The translations under genes and the position numbers were made by a program. A stretch of 64,000 nucleotides of DNA, from positions 60,512,001-60,576,000 of the forward strand of contig OZ249436.1 of assembly GCA_965235115.1 (NCBI GenBank). The letters are read 5' to 3'. Below are positions 1 to 13,039 of the stretch, one piece after another; position 1 is the first letter of the stretch, and each line of letters opens with the position of its first letter. The notes under the pieces were generated by a model, which made no database searches, was not told the DNA's origin, and saw nothing but the letters and a program-made list of their open reading frames with translations. The stretch comes from Laetmonice hystrix (lineage: Eukaryota).

Positions 1-3000
1 CAGGAGTAGCAGGTCGGATGGAATGCACATGGTATGTATATAGTTTTTGTCCAATGTATAGTTTCCATACTGATGCTGTTAATCATTCTGGTGGTTTTCA
101 TAACCACCCTATTTTCATGATGTACGACCTCATTGTTTTGCCTGTCTATAGTTAGTTACCTAAAACCTCCCACTTGACATGGGCCGCCCGGGTAGAATCG
201 TGCAAAGATTTACCAAATCGGGCCAAATCGGGTACCGTCAGTGTGGCATTTGATTCCCCACATCCCATCTATCGCATGGTAAATTTCTGATTGCGGTCCT
301 TCAGAAAGTACAGAGCTCACCCTAAACAGTTATGTGAGTCGTTTGGAGTTATCAAATGAGGTGTCCGACCTCAGGCCAGGCGTCCACACCCTGAGGGCCC
401 TTGGTGACCGTACGGCGGGAGATGATACACTCTGGTCGGAGGATAGGGCTGGTTGTGATTAAGGCGATGATGCTGTGAAGAATGCCCTTAGAGCACCCAT
501 CCTCCGACCCAGGTCAATGATCTCTGTGACCTAGATGAGAACCAGGTTGTAATAGCGAACATGTGGTGTACCCTAAACCAAGGAAAGATGTATCATAATC
601 ATTATAGTAAAATGGGTTTGGAACAGGATGTGTCTTGGCGGCCTTTCACATATTATGGGCTTTCATGTGGCGTACTTGGTCCATCCAGACTGTACCCGCC
701 CCCTCCCTCCGCTACCAGGGGATGGTGATTCAGAATCAAGAGGATCCGACTTCTGCTCGGGTCACAGGGCACTGTCTCCACTGATTAACCTAACTTAAAC
801 AGACATTAAAAGCCTGGCCAAGAATCTACAACTCGAGGTGAGATTTAGGATCGGGAACAACAGTTTTCCTAGATTCGAAGGAACATCGCTCAAAGAGTGA
901 AGGAATCTGCTGTATACCACATGGTTACATAGCTACCGGGGGTACTCCAATCATTCACTGATAGGAGATTTTGTACAATTAAAGTATACACATGGTAATA
1001 TTTTAATAGCTAACAGCAAACCAAAATATCCTTCAAACATTTTCAAGTGGAGCTCGGTCAGCCAGTACAGAAGTCTTTGTCAGTGGGCCCAGCAGGTCGA
1101 GAGAGAAAGAGAGAAAAGTTGCCCGTTTTCACCGTCAGGACGGAGTCTGGCCGGCTGCCGTCTTCTTTATCCCTGACCTCTTGGTGACTGGGTCGTTCAC
1201 CATCACAGAACTGACCTGGTGGAAACCACAAAACCTGATTCAGGATGTCCGCCTATACCACGGGTTTCCATCACAAACGTGTCTGTTATTTCGAAATAGA
1301 TGTGGTAATTATTCATAACACGAATACGATTTGTTGGTCGTGCGTGTGGAGGGATTGTTGTAGGGACTGCTGCACAAAGTTTACGATTTGGCCATGAGAA
1401 ATGTCAGATCATGATCTTGTTGACAGTGGCTCGTTTTGTCGGTATCTCCTTGTTGGATCCTAGGATTTCGTATAAATCTACATGTATATCCTCTTGAAGT
1501 GTGATGGAGCCATTACACAAGTTTAAAATAGAGGGTCGAAAACGAAACCATACCCAGGTGTAACATTAGGCACCTGGAGTATTTTCCAGGTGTGAATAGT
1601 ATTAACCCGTACAAAAGCAGGTGGGTTTGTGAATGAATATTGGCTCTGGCTTCTTTGTATGGGTAGAAACAAAGACCCTTGGAAGAGTTATTGATCTTCA
1701 AGGCAAACACGAACAGGGCAGCAGTTAGGTCATGTTGACCTTAGAACAAAAAACAAATTGGCTGCTCACAGTAACGAGCAACAACAGCAGGGGCTCAGTT
1801 TACTCGGGATAGAATTTCTCATAAAAAATACGGCTGTGACATGGGCCAGATTGTCGAAATCGGTGGTCATGGTGGAAGGGGTCAGGGGAAGGGGTAGAAA
1901 GATAGCGGTAATTCAACCGGGCAAAGGTTGTGACTGTGTAAAGATGCCTGTCACTGCCATCTGGTCGTCGCTCAGACTGAACTGTCTACACTATCATGGT
2001 CCAGCTTGAGGCAGTCGGGGTGCTGTTTGACAGGAGGCCAAGTTTTCCATCACTGAACACATACTGAGTGGTTCAAGTTTGTGTTGATTCTTCCACTCGG
2101 AGCCTGGGACCTGACAGCGGTCAGCTGTATGAGTTAACGGGGAGAGCGACTCCAGCCGCCGGCCCAGGCAAACAGTGCTGGTGGACTTGACCCACGGGAG
2201 TAAGCACAGCTGACCGCTGCATTGACCACCGGGGGCTGCCTGACCAAACAGTCGGCAGAGACCACGCATTGAGGACTTGGAAATTCTGTCACTTGAGGGT
2301 CATCTTCCGCGGAATTATAGTGTATGCATCAGTCCTTTAGAGTTCACAGACTCGGTGACTTCATGAAATAGGCCGGCCTTTACAAAATAGTTTACACGAA
2401 AGGTGCTTTTTGACAAATATTATTTCGGTAGGAAATACTTTTATTTAATTTTACTTACAATAGACACCAGGTGTCGCCTCCAGTCAGCGGCTGGGTCATT
2501 GTTAGACTGGAGCCAGCTCTGTTCAGGTCGGGCCGCCTCCAGCCAAGGTCATCGTTTCATTCCATATCTGGTAACCAAGCACTGTCGTCAGTAAAAAGTG
2601 TAGTTTCTTCTAATAGGAATTATTGAACCATTTATGGTTAAAATAAAATATTGTAACAGTCAGGTGGCAGAATATTTTTTTGTGTTTTAAAATCTGCATC
2701 CTTTACTACAAATCTGATTTAAGTGTCTTAGATTATTCTAGATTTTGTACTATAGGAAGATGATGCAGGCGAAAAAGATGAGCAGAAACTCATGTGACTT
2801 CCAATAAGTCCATGCTAGGTCAGTGGGAGCAGCATCCTTGATTCTGAGAAATTCTACTACATTTGTACATGCGGGTCGAGTACGGTTGGACTCACTGGCA
2901 TACTTAACTTTAGGGACTGTCTAAGAAATAGTGTGGGTCATGGTTCAATTTATCAGGGTTCATGATTATCAAGTTATTATTACTTCCTTCACTTTGTATT

Positions 3001-4243
3001 AACTCTAGTGGACTATTATCGGTAGTCCTGATTTGAGAGGTTTGACATCTTTGTGTTATGATGAGTAGACTCGTACTAGTATAATGTGCGGGTGGAGATT
3101 TTATTGTATTTGTATGCAGTAAGATTGCCTGCAGCGAAAATGCATAGACACAGGACAATGAAAGCGCTGAACGGCAATTCTTGATGTCGATATATGGAAA
3201 ATAACTCTCAATGGAATTGTTATTGAATTGTGGTGATGAGGTAAAGATTTCAGACTGAACTTCAGTTAGATTGATCACCGAGACTAGACATCTAGTCTCG
3301 TTTTATTGATACATGTTGTACATGCATGATGCTTGAGAGTGAATTCCATGTCGTGTGCACGTGAAACATAACAATGCAATTTTCTATACGGGGCGTGGTC
3401 AAACACTAGGAGATTCCCCATGTGACCTTATTTGGCAGTTGACGAGGAACTTTACATGGCACCCTGAGTGTGTGGGGGACTATGACAATGTGCCAGGGGA
3501 CCCGATTACCGAACCCCTGCCGCGCCCTAGTTGCCTTGGATCTTATGGCAGAATCTAATGGAATTGTTACCCAGGGGAGGAATTCAGTTTAGATGTTGGG
3601 TCCGAGTCCCGCTTAATAAGGACCCCACCACCCCCGCGCGATTGTTCTACCCCACCCATCTAAACGGAGGGTAGTTCGTGAGGATGCACCTAATGACCTC
3701 AGGTCTGATGCGTGTCACAGACAATCACAATTGGATCGAAGCCTGGGTCCATTAAGCGACCCCGCCCCTGATCATATCAACGCAGGGAGTGATATTAAAA
3801 GTCAGCAGCGGATGCTGCCAGATTGTGAGTGTGGAATGTGACTGGGGTGTAGGGTGATGGGGTGCCGGCTGAGGATGCAGGGCCGTGCATACATACCTAC
3901 CTACCCCATGTGCCTGACCCAGTGCCTCCGTAACGGGATCCATGGCTTCATGCTGAGCTCGGCAGAATGTGGGTTAAATGACGTGTACAGGCACGTGGTC
4001 AGATTCGTTCACAGACGACTGATCCGTTACTGAGTTTGTCACAACACCGCTCCACGGAAAGCGAGTTCATTTGAAAACCAAGACTTGCATTGCAAGCCAG
4101 ATTGAATCTGCGTTATGAATTTATTATGAGACACTGGGGTGCGTTCCTCATCTATCGTTATCATGTCGTGCGTTAAAGTCCCCATTGAAAATACATTGGA
4201 GTTAACGATACGACAAGCTAACGACATGATGAGGAACACCCCT

Positions 4244-4572
4244 CAGGGTTCCCACGGTCATGAAAAGTCATGAAAAGTCATGGAAAATGAAATTTGGTTT
4301 TCCAGGCCTGGAAAAGTCATGGAAAATAGAAAAACGAGGGAGAGTCATGGAAAAGTCATGGAATTTGAGATTTCTTCTGAATCACATTTCAGTTTCTGCA
4401 CATTGGGTCTGAATTGTAAAGTTTCAGAACGTACTATATGGGGGACAATTCTGGGATTTTAGTCTATTTTGTTAATTTCATCCGGAATTGGTCATGAAAT
4501 TTGGGAGTTTTGGTCTGGAAAAGTCATGGAGAAGTCATGAAATTTCAATATAGCGAACCTGTGGGAACCCTG
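4244..4572. mobile_element. hAT-like MITE (329 bp)
   Basis: 12-bp terminal inverted repeats CAGGGTTCCCAC / GTGGGAACCCTG and many internal (A)AAGTCATG(G) subrepeats. No clean 8-bp TSD (ACACCCCT vs TGAGGAGC). Confidence 0.75.
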
Positions 4573-5996
4573 TGAGGAGCCGTTTTAATTTCTATTATCA
4601 GCGGCGGATCCACAGGGGGAGTGAGGGTTAACCCCCCTAGGCAGTCAATTTTTCTTTGGTCGCCATAAAACTTTCTGAATTAACCACGATAACCCCTCCT
4701 AACATTTACAATGTCGTGACAGGCAAAATTCCGTCGTTTAAATTGAAATTGCAGTGTTGAGGCTAGACTGGGGCTGGACGGATGCTGATCGGATATTTGA
4801 ACTCGTGCAGTAGGTTTTTACGTCAGAAGTTCCCTCCAGGTTTATGTGTGTGCCGCTAGGCCAGCTGGAATTTCTAAGAAGCATGGACTGTTGAGTTCAA
4901 ACTCAAGTCATTTATAAAGCCTGTGGTTAGAGAGAAAGATGCTGTGCAACCAAGGCTAAAGGCAAGAGTTAATATCGGTATGTTGGATCTGTAACTGACA
5001 GCTTACATCGTGAAGACAAGTTTCGTCCAGAAATGGTAAGCTCCATCCCTCATTCATCCAGGGCATGATGCCATCCAGTTCAAAATTGAAATATAATATT
5101 GTTTTTGTTGGCATTCCGATCATGTAAAGCCTTTCCCATTGTCGCCTTTAATTCCTAATTCCCGCCATATTTACGTGCCGATGCTTTCACTGTGCCAGAC
5201 TGAGTCTCACTCCAATAACATTCTCTGGCCTGATTACAGGACTATGTACCAACAAAAGAGGCAGGAAGTTGTCAATTAATGTAATTAGGCTTCCTGACAT
5301 AGGAAACTTTCCAACACTTCGTTTCTGTCTGCTGGAGTATTTTTTATATTATTTTTAAACGCAGTACTTCAGAATGAACCAGGGATATATTTGCCGAATG
5401 GAGAACAATGATGCTGATATGAGACCAATCTGAAGACATGAGATTTGTGTCCTTTTGTCGGCGACCTGCTGATAGGCTGAACACCACCTTTTGTTGGACA
5501 AACTGCATGGATGTCGGAGGGCAACAACTTTGGCTCATAAATGTCAGAGGAAATGCACGGAATGTCTCCTGGTAAACTGGAGTTAGGTTGTGAGATCAGA
5601 TGGTCTCATGTTCTGACTGTGGTCAGCTTTTGAGAGCTCCGGTATTTCGCCAGTCGGCAATCATTATAGGTAACAGCTGTACAGATTTAAAAACCGTCAT
5701 TAACTGCGGCGTAGTTCATGTTCTAATATACCAGAGGAGACATATACATGTATAGTGGATACTTGACCCACAAGGGTATTGTGCCAGAAGAACTACTGTG
5801 CAGTCAACCGAGTGAAAATAAGTAAAATGGAATAAATTGAAGTAAAAAGAAGTGAAGACTTTACGGCCAGGTGAACGTTTCTCTCTGCCCCGTAGCCGTC
5901 CGTAAAGTAGTGGCTATTTCAGACCTTCCGTTATAATACGTCACCTTTTGAACTGCCTTCCTATTACTGAACTCTGAATGGTTGCAGCTTGCAAGT

Positions 5997-6182
5997 GATT
6001 CCCCCATGTAGTAACTTTCAGATAAAGGTTTTGGTAAGGGGTTCGAGTTAAGGTCAGGGATAGGGGAATGTTTTTGGGAGGTGTAGGGACCGGGGTTAGG
6101 AGTTAGGGATAAGGTCAGGGCTATGGACCTTTACTTCCGACCAAATTTCGTGGGTTTTAAGTTACCACTGGGGATGTACCGT
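5997..6182. mobile_element. Degenerate MITE with a GGTTAGG-like G-rich core
   Basis: Imperfect inverted ends TTCCCCCATGTAGTAACTT / AAGTTACCACTGGGGAT. The core GGGGTTAGGAGTTAGGGATAAGGTCAGGG resembles the core of the 6671-6938 element. Confidence 0.4.
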
Positions 6183-6670
6183 GGACAAACACGACGTCTG
6201 TGAATGCAATACGGAGCCCTCTCTCTCTAAACTAAACTTAAACTAAGAGCCATGGCTGTATTGGAGGATAGCATGAATAATTTCCTACACCTGTGCCTAG
6301 ATGGGTGAGAATAGGTCTCTCGAACAGAGCTCTACATCTGTCACCGTGCATAGACTGACAAGGAGTTTTATTACATCGCTTGATTTATGTGATGTACCGG
6401 TATGTGAGTCACGTGAACATTGTCACATACTTGTACTCTAAAATATTTCGCCTTCTCCGCAAGTTCGATACGAGAGAGCATAATTACGAAATGAAGATTT
6501 GCCGTATTTTCGGACAGTCTACGGAATGACGATTTTTATTGTCAGTCACTTCCAGCAAACAGACTAGGATAGGTCGATTGAAAAGCATCATTTATGATTG
6601 TTTAGTACATGTGTATATCAATAATGTATCGAGACCTTTATGATGAGGCAAGTCATTGTAATCGCCAACG

Positions 6671-6938
6671 CCGGTGTCCCAATTTCAAATTACCCCCCTG
6701 TTCAGGTTACCGTACCCCCGGTAATCTGAAGTTGGTTTCAAAAAGCCCCTCGGTTAGGGTTAAGGTAGGTTTAGGGTTAGGTCTATTTGAATTAACGCGC
6801 GAAACATTTTTTATCCGAAGTTTATTTTTGTAACTTGAATCTGGGGGGAGGGGGGTAATTTGAAGCTAGCTTCAGATTACCGGGAGGTAACTTCAATTGG
6901 GGGGGGGGGGGGGGGGTAATCTGAAATTGTTACACCGG
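6671..6938. mobile_element. MITE with a telomere-like internal tract
   Basis: Inverted ends CCGGTGTCCCAATTTCAAATTACCCCC / GGGGGTAATCTGAAATTGTTACACCGG, an inner inverted pair CCCGGTAATCTGAAG / CTTCAGATTACCGGG, and an internal GGTTAGGGTTAAGGTAGGTTTAGGGTTAGG tract. Confidence 0.7.
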
Positions 6939-8425
6939 TGCATATTTTGCCATGGCTCAGTGGAAAGCCAGACTGGTTTGGACGCCGACATGATCTTCGG
7001 CAGATATTACACAAACTTTTGTTATTGCGCATCACTTGGGCGTATGCTTTCAAACTGTATCAGTAGTTGTTTCGTGTAAATTGTAATCTTTGGGTTTCTT
7101 AAATTGAATGTTGATTTTAAAATGTGGTGATATATTCTGTTGAAAGATGACCTTATAAATGTAGATTATATGCAGTGGCTGGCACCTTTATCATCTATAG
7201 TCGTCTGCCGGAACCTGCAACAGTATGTTGTTTGCCCTTTATATCACAGTAGCCGGGCCTTTAGTTTGCATGTTGAGCTGGTATTTCACCATTATCCTGT
7301 TACATGCAGCTGGGTGTATTAAAGAGTTGTTGTGGCACACATTTCGTGAACACTAGCCTGTTGCATGTTAATGGGAGGTGTAGTTAGGAGGGAGTCCAGC
7401 TGACATTAGCCCGGCTGGTGACCCGTTACGATATATATGACCGTTTGGTATTCAATCCTGCTAGAAACGCACGCGTACCACAAGGGCTCAGCAGTCATGC
7501 CAGAATAGTTTAAATGAAATGAAAAGTCATGAGCGGTGGTTTAATTTTATAGTAGATTTGATAATTATGCATTTGTTATAAGAGGAATCTACCTTAGGAA
7601 TTCCACATGCATTTCTCCTTGTATTGTATGTTTTTATCCCAGTCAGGAGTTGCATTGCAGGCAGCCTTATCTATAAAAACATATCTTAAGATTTTCCCCA
7701 GCGCCTAAACAAAAATTCAAAATGGACATTTTCTCTGTGAAAGGCGACAGAAATAACGCATTCGCAGCAAGCATTGACCATGATACTTCGGGTATACTTA
7801 TACATGATACTTATACATATAAGCCGACAGATAAAAACATCGTTGAGATCAAACTTCTGCTGAATGTGAAATCTGATTACTTCTATATTAACAGAAGTAA
7901 ACCTGCCCCCACCTATGTGTCCCAAACTTCAAAGTTCTGATACACAATGAGATGTCATGGTTTTTCAATGTAATTGTCCATATTCCAACCTCGAAGCTAT
8001 CCCAGTGCCGAACTGAAGCTATGAATTAATCAGTGGACCAGCCACTCTGACACTGACTGGCTGGTCGGCTGAAATCCAAAGTGTCGTGACTGGCGTGGAG
8101 ATCAGACTTCTGCAGTGACCTTGACACCGTTTTTCTGACATGTTGTCATATCTCGAATTTGTTCCATGGCTATCAGGTGAACGTGATAAAGAAGTCCAGC
8201 TACCATGGTAGAACTACTTCTGGTCGGGTCGGGAAATTCCTGAGTGATTGTCACAGTAAAAGGAAGTTTTTGTAATAGGATATTAGGATCTGTTGTAACC
8301 CGCTATTTAGTGCATCAGGTCAAGATATTTTAGGTGCAAGGGAGAGATAATTGAAATATTGTTTGACAGACGTGATAAATTGAATTCGCTTGGGTCCCAA
8401 GATACAGACCTGACAGGAGCCTAAA

Positions 8426-8586
8426 GCCAGGAATCCATGTGTCCGGATTGCGTAGTGCGTAATCAAAACAATGAAATCACGCACTACGCACACATGGAAT
8501 CGCTGCAACTTGTTTTCATTGATTTTGATGAATACACAGTACGCATTACGCATCACGCCCACACTACGTACACATGGATTCCTGGC
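8426..8586. mobile_element. Small MITE (161 bp)
   Basis: Perfect 17-bp inverted ends GCCAGGAATCCATGTGT / ACACATGGATTCCTGGC and an internal TGCGTAGTGCGT / ACGCACTACGCA inverted pair. TAA lies one base outside each end, a possible PIF/Harbinger-type TSD. Confidence 0.7.
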
Positions 8587-10304
8587 GTAAGACCTAAAGG
8601 TTATGAACTGTCTGAGCAGGGCTGTGGTGGACCATCCAATCCTTGGCAATGCTCTCAATATAATCACTGAAAATAAAGCTAAGTTGTGGTGTTCTGGAAC
8701 TCAGACTGTTCATGAATATGAATTTTGTGCAGGCACCCTTGTTTTAGTCAGTTTAGGCAGTTTGTCTTAGGGGACACCCCCCCCCCCCCATGCCAAGTTA
8801 TTTATTGCAGGGTGTTGGTGGACTCTAACACATAAAACTACTACAATTAGGTCACCTCGAAGTGCCCTCTGGTGGTAATAGGTGTGCTCGGACAGAGAGT
8901 AGTGTGACAATATGAATGTTGCCGACGAGTTAATTTTATGGCAATGGGGAATCTTCAGGGTTGCATAGTCAGCTAGAATGTTATGGCGTGGGCGCAGAGG
9001 GAGAGGTGGTCAAGAGAGAAATTGCCGTTACTTTTACCTAGTAAAGAAGAAAATATGTAAATCGGCCATAAATGTAATGCAAACTGTGTAAACCTTGCCT
9101 CATTAATTCAGTAATTATGGAAGGATGAAAAAGATCTACAGGTCTGACAGATATGTAATTTGCTTCAGTTTTCACCGTTGGCCCATCTGTAATACCAAAA
9201 CGGCAGAATTAATTCACGGTTATAAATCATTATCAAATAATGGAAGAGAAGCTATCGTAACCATTTTGGAATTTGAATTGGCAGACAACGCGGAGAAGTG
9301 ATCACACCTGAGAATCTTTAAGCCAGCCTTCCCACGTGCTCTCCGGGTGGAATGTGTGTATAAGTCGTTTTTTACACAACTTGAGGAGTTAGATCCTGTT
9401 ACTAGATTTAACCATTCCTGTTTCATCTTTTGCCGAGTTGAGCTGGTGTACACTAACGCTTCTTACTTTTTGTGTCTGCTCGATTCCATTGGTTGCCAGA
9501 ATTTTTGAAGGAACGTTTGAGGGAATTCATTAGATCAGGTCAAAGGTCAACAGCGGCCGAATTGTAATAGAGTAATTATTAGTGTAGGAGGGTCATGCGG
9601 AATATGGCCGTAAAGTGAGCGTAAGATAGTCCTTATCAATTAACTCTAAAATAGCATACCGGGTACACTCAATTTTGTGTGCATTTTAAATGCAGGCTTC
9701 GTCAGAGCTTCAGAAGGTCTGATGAAGCATGTTAGTCAAAGGCGAAAACAGTTAACGTTGACTGCTTGTACATGTACTTTAATTTAGTTCGTTAAGCACT
9801 GAACATCCTACACGTAATTTAATAATCAATTTCCAGTTATATTTCTAATTACAAAAATGTACATCAGAAGAAACTCATGCTACTCAAAGGAAATATACAT
9901 TGAAAGATAAGTGAGAAAAGATGCTTCTGACAAAACCCAAAAACCCTTTAGAACAAACTTGAATTTAAAGGTACATCATGTATCTGAAAGTTGAATATTT
10001 ATAAGTTGATTTAAGTTCGCATAGATTTTGAAATATTGTGACTCAGTGTGACTCAAGTCTTGATGCTCTTGCGTTCGTCAAGGAGCCAACGATCAATCAG
10101 AAGTCTTTGGTTGTCAAAGAGAACATACCCTTGGAGTAGTTAATTACAAATGCCTCAGTAAAGTAAATTCTGTATGATCTAATCATTGCAATATGATTTT
10201 ATTGAAACAACGCACTGTTGTCTCATGCCAGGATCAAGAACATGAGAGTTGGTTTTGATATGTTACGCTGTTTCCCTAACTGAAAATGTCGTTTGTGATT
10301 GCAG

Positions 10305-10388
10305 TCGCGGGGAGCTGTGCACGTGCTGGTACATCCTTCTCTCTGGCAGTGTCTTCATTGATGGCTCGATGTTTCTCCCACGGAGCAG
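10305..10388 (+). CDS. RAPGEF2: Coding exon of RAPGEF2/6-like PDZ-GEF (N-terminal cNMP-binding domain, first half)
   Basis: CTAAC branch-point-like motif, gtgattgcag| acceptor and AG|GTAGGT donor. 84 nt, phase 2/2, reading t-RGELCTCWYILLSGSVFIDGSMFLPRS-ag. Matches the recalled vertebrate RAPGEF2 CWYILLSGSVFIKESMFLPRS and PXF-1 SWYILLSGSVFI. The ORF track shows this region in the wrong frame. The symbol is at family level (RAPGEF2/6 co-ortholog). Confidence 0.93.
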
Positions 10389-13039
10389 GTAGGTCATTCA
10401 GCAACCCTAACAAAACCACACGAATTCCAGGTGATCTGCTCCAGCTGGTCAACACTCGCCAGGTGGACTGGATGATTTGTTTGGGTTCTAGGTGGCCAGT
10501 CAGATGGTTGAATCCTACATGGTGGTATTTTCTTTTTAAAACATGGTAGAATATTGCCAAGGCTATGCCTTCAAGAATTGCAGGCCGTAGAAATAATTGT
10601 TGAAAATGTTGATAAGCTGTTGCCAACTTTGTGCACAGGAACGAGTAATTGCTTTAAAACAATTACCGTAATGGCGTCTCTGCCGAAAAAGATTGACGTG
10701 AAATTGCGGGATTTGCTGGACGAAATCAGATTTGTTTCTTGCGGAAGCAGTCTTGAAGTTCAAAGCCAAGACCTTTTAGCGCAATTTACGGGACAATTAG
10801 AAGCGTGTGGCAGACAAAATGTGCCTACTGGCACATTGAAGCGCTGCCGGCCGACCAGCTGGCCAAGGCTGAAGACAACCGTACATTAGATACACGCAAG
10901 GACTGAATCAGGAGACACGATCTTTTGTTTTCCTTCGACACAGAAATATCGTGTGTACCTTGTACGTACACGGATCTGCCATCATGCAGGTAGAGCAGAT
11001 GGTGGTGTTTCCAGTCCACGGGTCCAGGCTTTGTCCCACAATAAGATCGGTTTCATATAGATTGGTTTAGGGATTATTATATTGTTGGTATTCTCTTAGA
11101 AGAGAATATCGCGCAGTATTATTATACTGGTATCATGAGTCATTTGGTAAGACTTCTTTGGGAGATAACTACCGGGGTATATGCTGCGCGGGCTTGAATG
11201 CATACTCGTGGGTGGTCAACTGTCTGTGATAGAAAAACATTAGTACCGTAGATTATTTTTAAAATAAAGTTTTGATGTGCACCGGTAACCAGACCAACTT
11301 GACGAAATTGTTAGTCCACTTAAATGCTAATTCGAGAGGTGACGCGTGTTTCAATGCCAGATGTTGTGAGTTCAGGAGGATATGCCCAGCCGAATAGAGA
11401 CAGCATTATAATCCTTCTGGTGGTTTCACATTGTACTTAATGTGGCCAAAATCCGGGTACAGTGGTTTTCATAAAGTGTTGACACCCAGTGTACTATTAC
11501 TTCTGTTATTGTTTTACATGAAGTTTGACATCATAAACAATAGTACCTCAGTCTACACCCAGGAAACCCTAGCAGGCAACCCTATCAGAACGATGTCCTT
11601 AATCACACACAGGCTCTGCTCTTTAATCCAAGGATTATCCTAGAGAATGGTCCTCAGCCTGTTCACTCTTTCTGATGAACATGACTTTCGACATTTTAAA
11701 ATAAAAAATATTAAATCAGCGCATGGAATTTAAAGCTTCAAGTCCAGCTTTCCTGATTGATCTTAACATTACAAATTCAAGTCAGAATTGCACAGCAGCG
11801 TGAGCTGTTGGTTCATGTGTGGTTTGCCCTCTTCTCATCAAGTCAGAATTTTCCTTGAATAGATAAGAACTAACAGCATTGATGATTCACACTTGAATGT
11901 GATTCACCGGATATCCAAATAAGATATTCACCAGATACCCAAATAAGATTGAGATTTGTTTAAAGATTACTTTGGCTGTAATGGAAGAAACATGACAAGT
12001 TGCATTTGGCTGGCACGGACTCAACGTATCGCAACTCTCAGTGTATGTCATGTCGTACGCCACCCTCTGATAGTCCAGACGTCAAAACGTCATTACGTAA
12101 CGTCACATACGTCACCCTGTGTAATCTGTCGTACGTGGGCTACAGTACCTTAACATAACTGGGACTGGACGCATGATTCAGGTCACATCACTCATAAACA
12201 TGCCACGGTGATTAAATTCTTTTGTCATGCCACCTTCATGGGGAAGGGATGGATATACAAATAGTGAATAGCTTGACTCAAGTTTGCCTTGGAATGTTGT
12301 GCGAATTTATTTTTGAATTTGATCAGGCCAGGGAATTCTTTTGTCCAGACACTGCTACGATTTCTGCCCCCAACCACTTCTGTCCAGGCGCAGGTAAATT
12401 GTTGTCCAGCCATGTGGGTCAAGCTTACTGATTGACCGAGGTATGGTCACACCTGGCTGCACACACGGGGTACTAGTACTTGCAGCCCGCCTGGACAGTC
12501 ACTGGCTGAGGCACCTTTAACACCTGGCGGAGCAGCTCTTTGAAGTACCCCATTTACTAATCCCAGTGTCAAGGTGTCAAGCTCATTTGAACTGTAGCTT
12601 GTACAAGGTCGTAAATTTACTAAGAAAATAAGAAAAAATACGCATACTACTAGTAATGTGGCCGAAGCCCTCTATTGGGGGTGGCAATGGTCGATTGGCG
12701 AGAGTGGCGCCACCATGTGCGGACCAGAAGTTCCAACCCTAGGGGTTGTGGTATTTCATACCGTCCAGATATTTTGGGCCACGAGGAATCAGGGTTGTAG
12801 AGAGTGGTGGGTACAGGTGTAGTCAGTGAATCAAGGCGTTAATGCAGAGGGTCGGAAATGGGCTTACCACCTGGGGGTATTTTACCTTTAATGACCCTAG
12901 TTACGTGCCCCCCTCATTTCATGTAATCACAGACCAACCCCCTCCCCTCGCGTCAACCCCGTACACTGGGTAGTTAATCCAGCTGTAGTATGAAGACTAA
13001 GCACCTATAACATGCATTTCATGCAGTTAAGTTTCTCAT

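Noticed and set aside
5002-5035. Exon-like 34-nt segment with a TG|GTAAGC donor, phase-compatible with exon 10305
   Set aside because: The translation (YIVKTSFVQK-C) does not resemble the expected VRYExHxANxILYC exon, and the acceptor is weak.
6462-6484. VRYER-encoding stretch resembling the missing upstream RAPGEF exon
   Set aside because: A stop follows two codons later and there are no suitable splice sites.
9220-9453. Minus-strand ORF with W...CDHF spacing reminiscent of a THAP domain
   Set aside because: It lacks the N-terminal C-x-C pair and the terminal Pro, and an in-frame stop lies just upstream.
10276-10889. Overlapping ORFs of 111 and 116 aa beside the RAPGEF exon
   Set aside because: No recognisable family. 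One is antisense to the real exon and the other lacks an ATG start or splice support.
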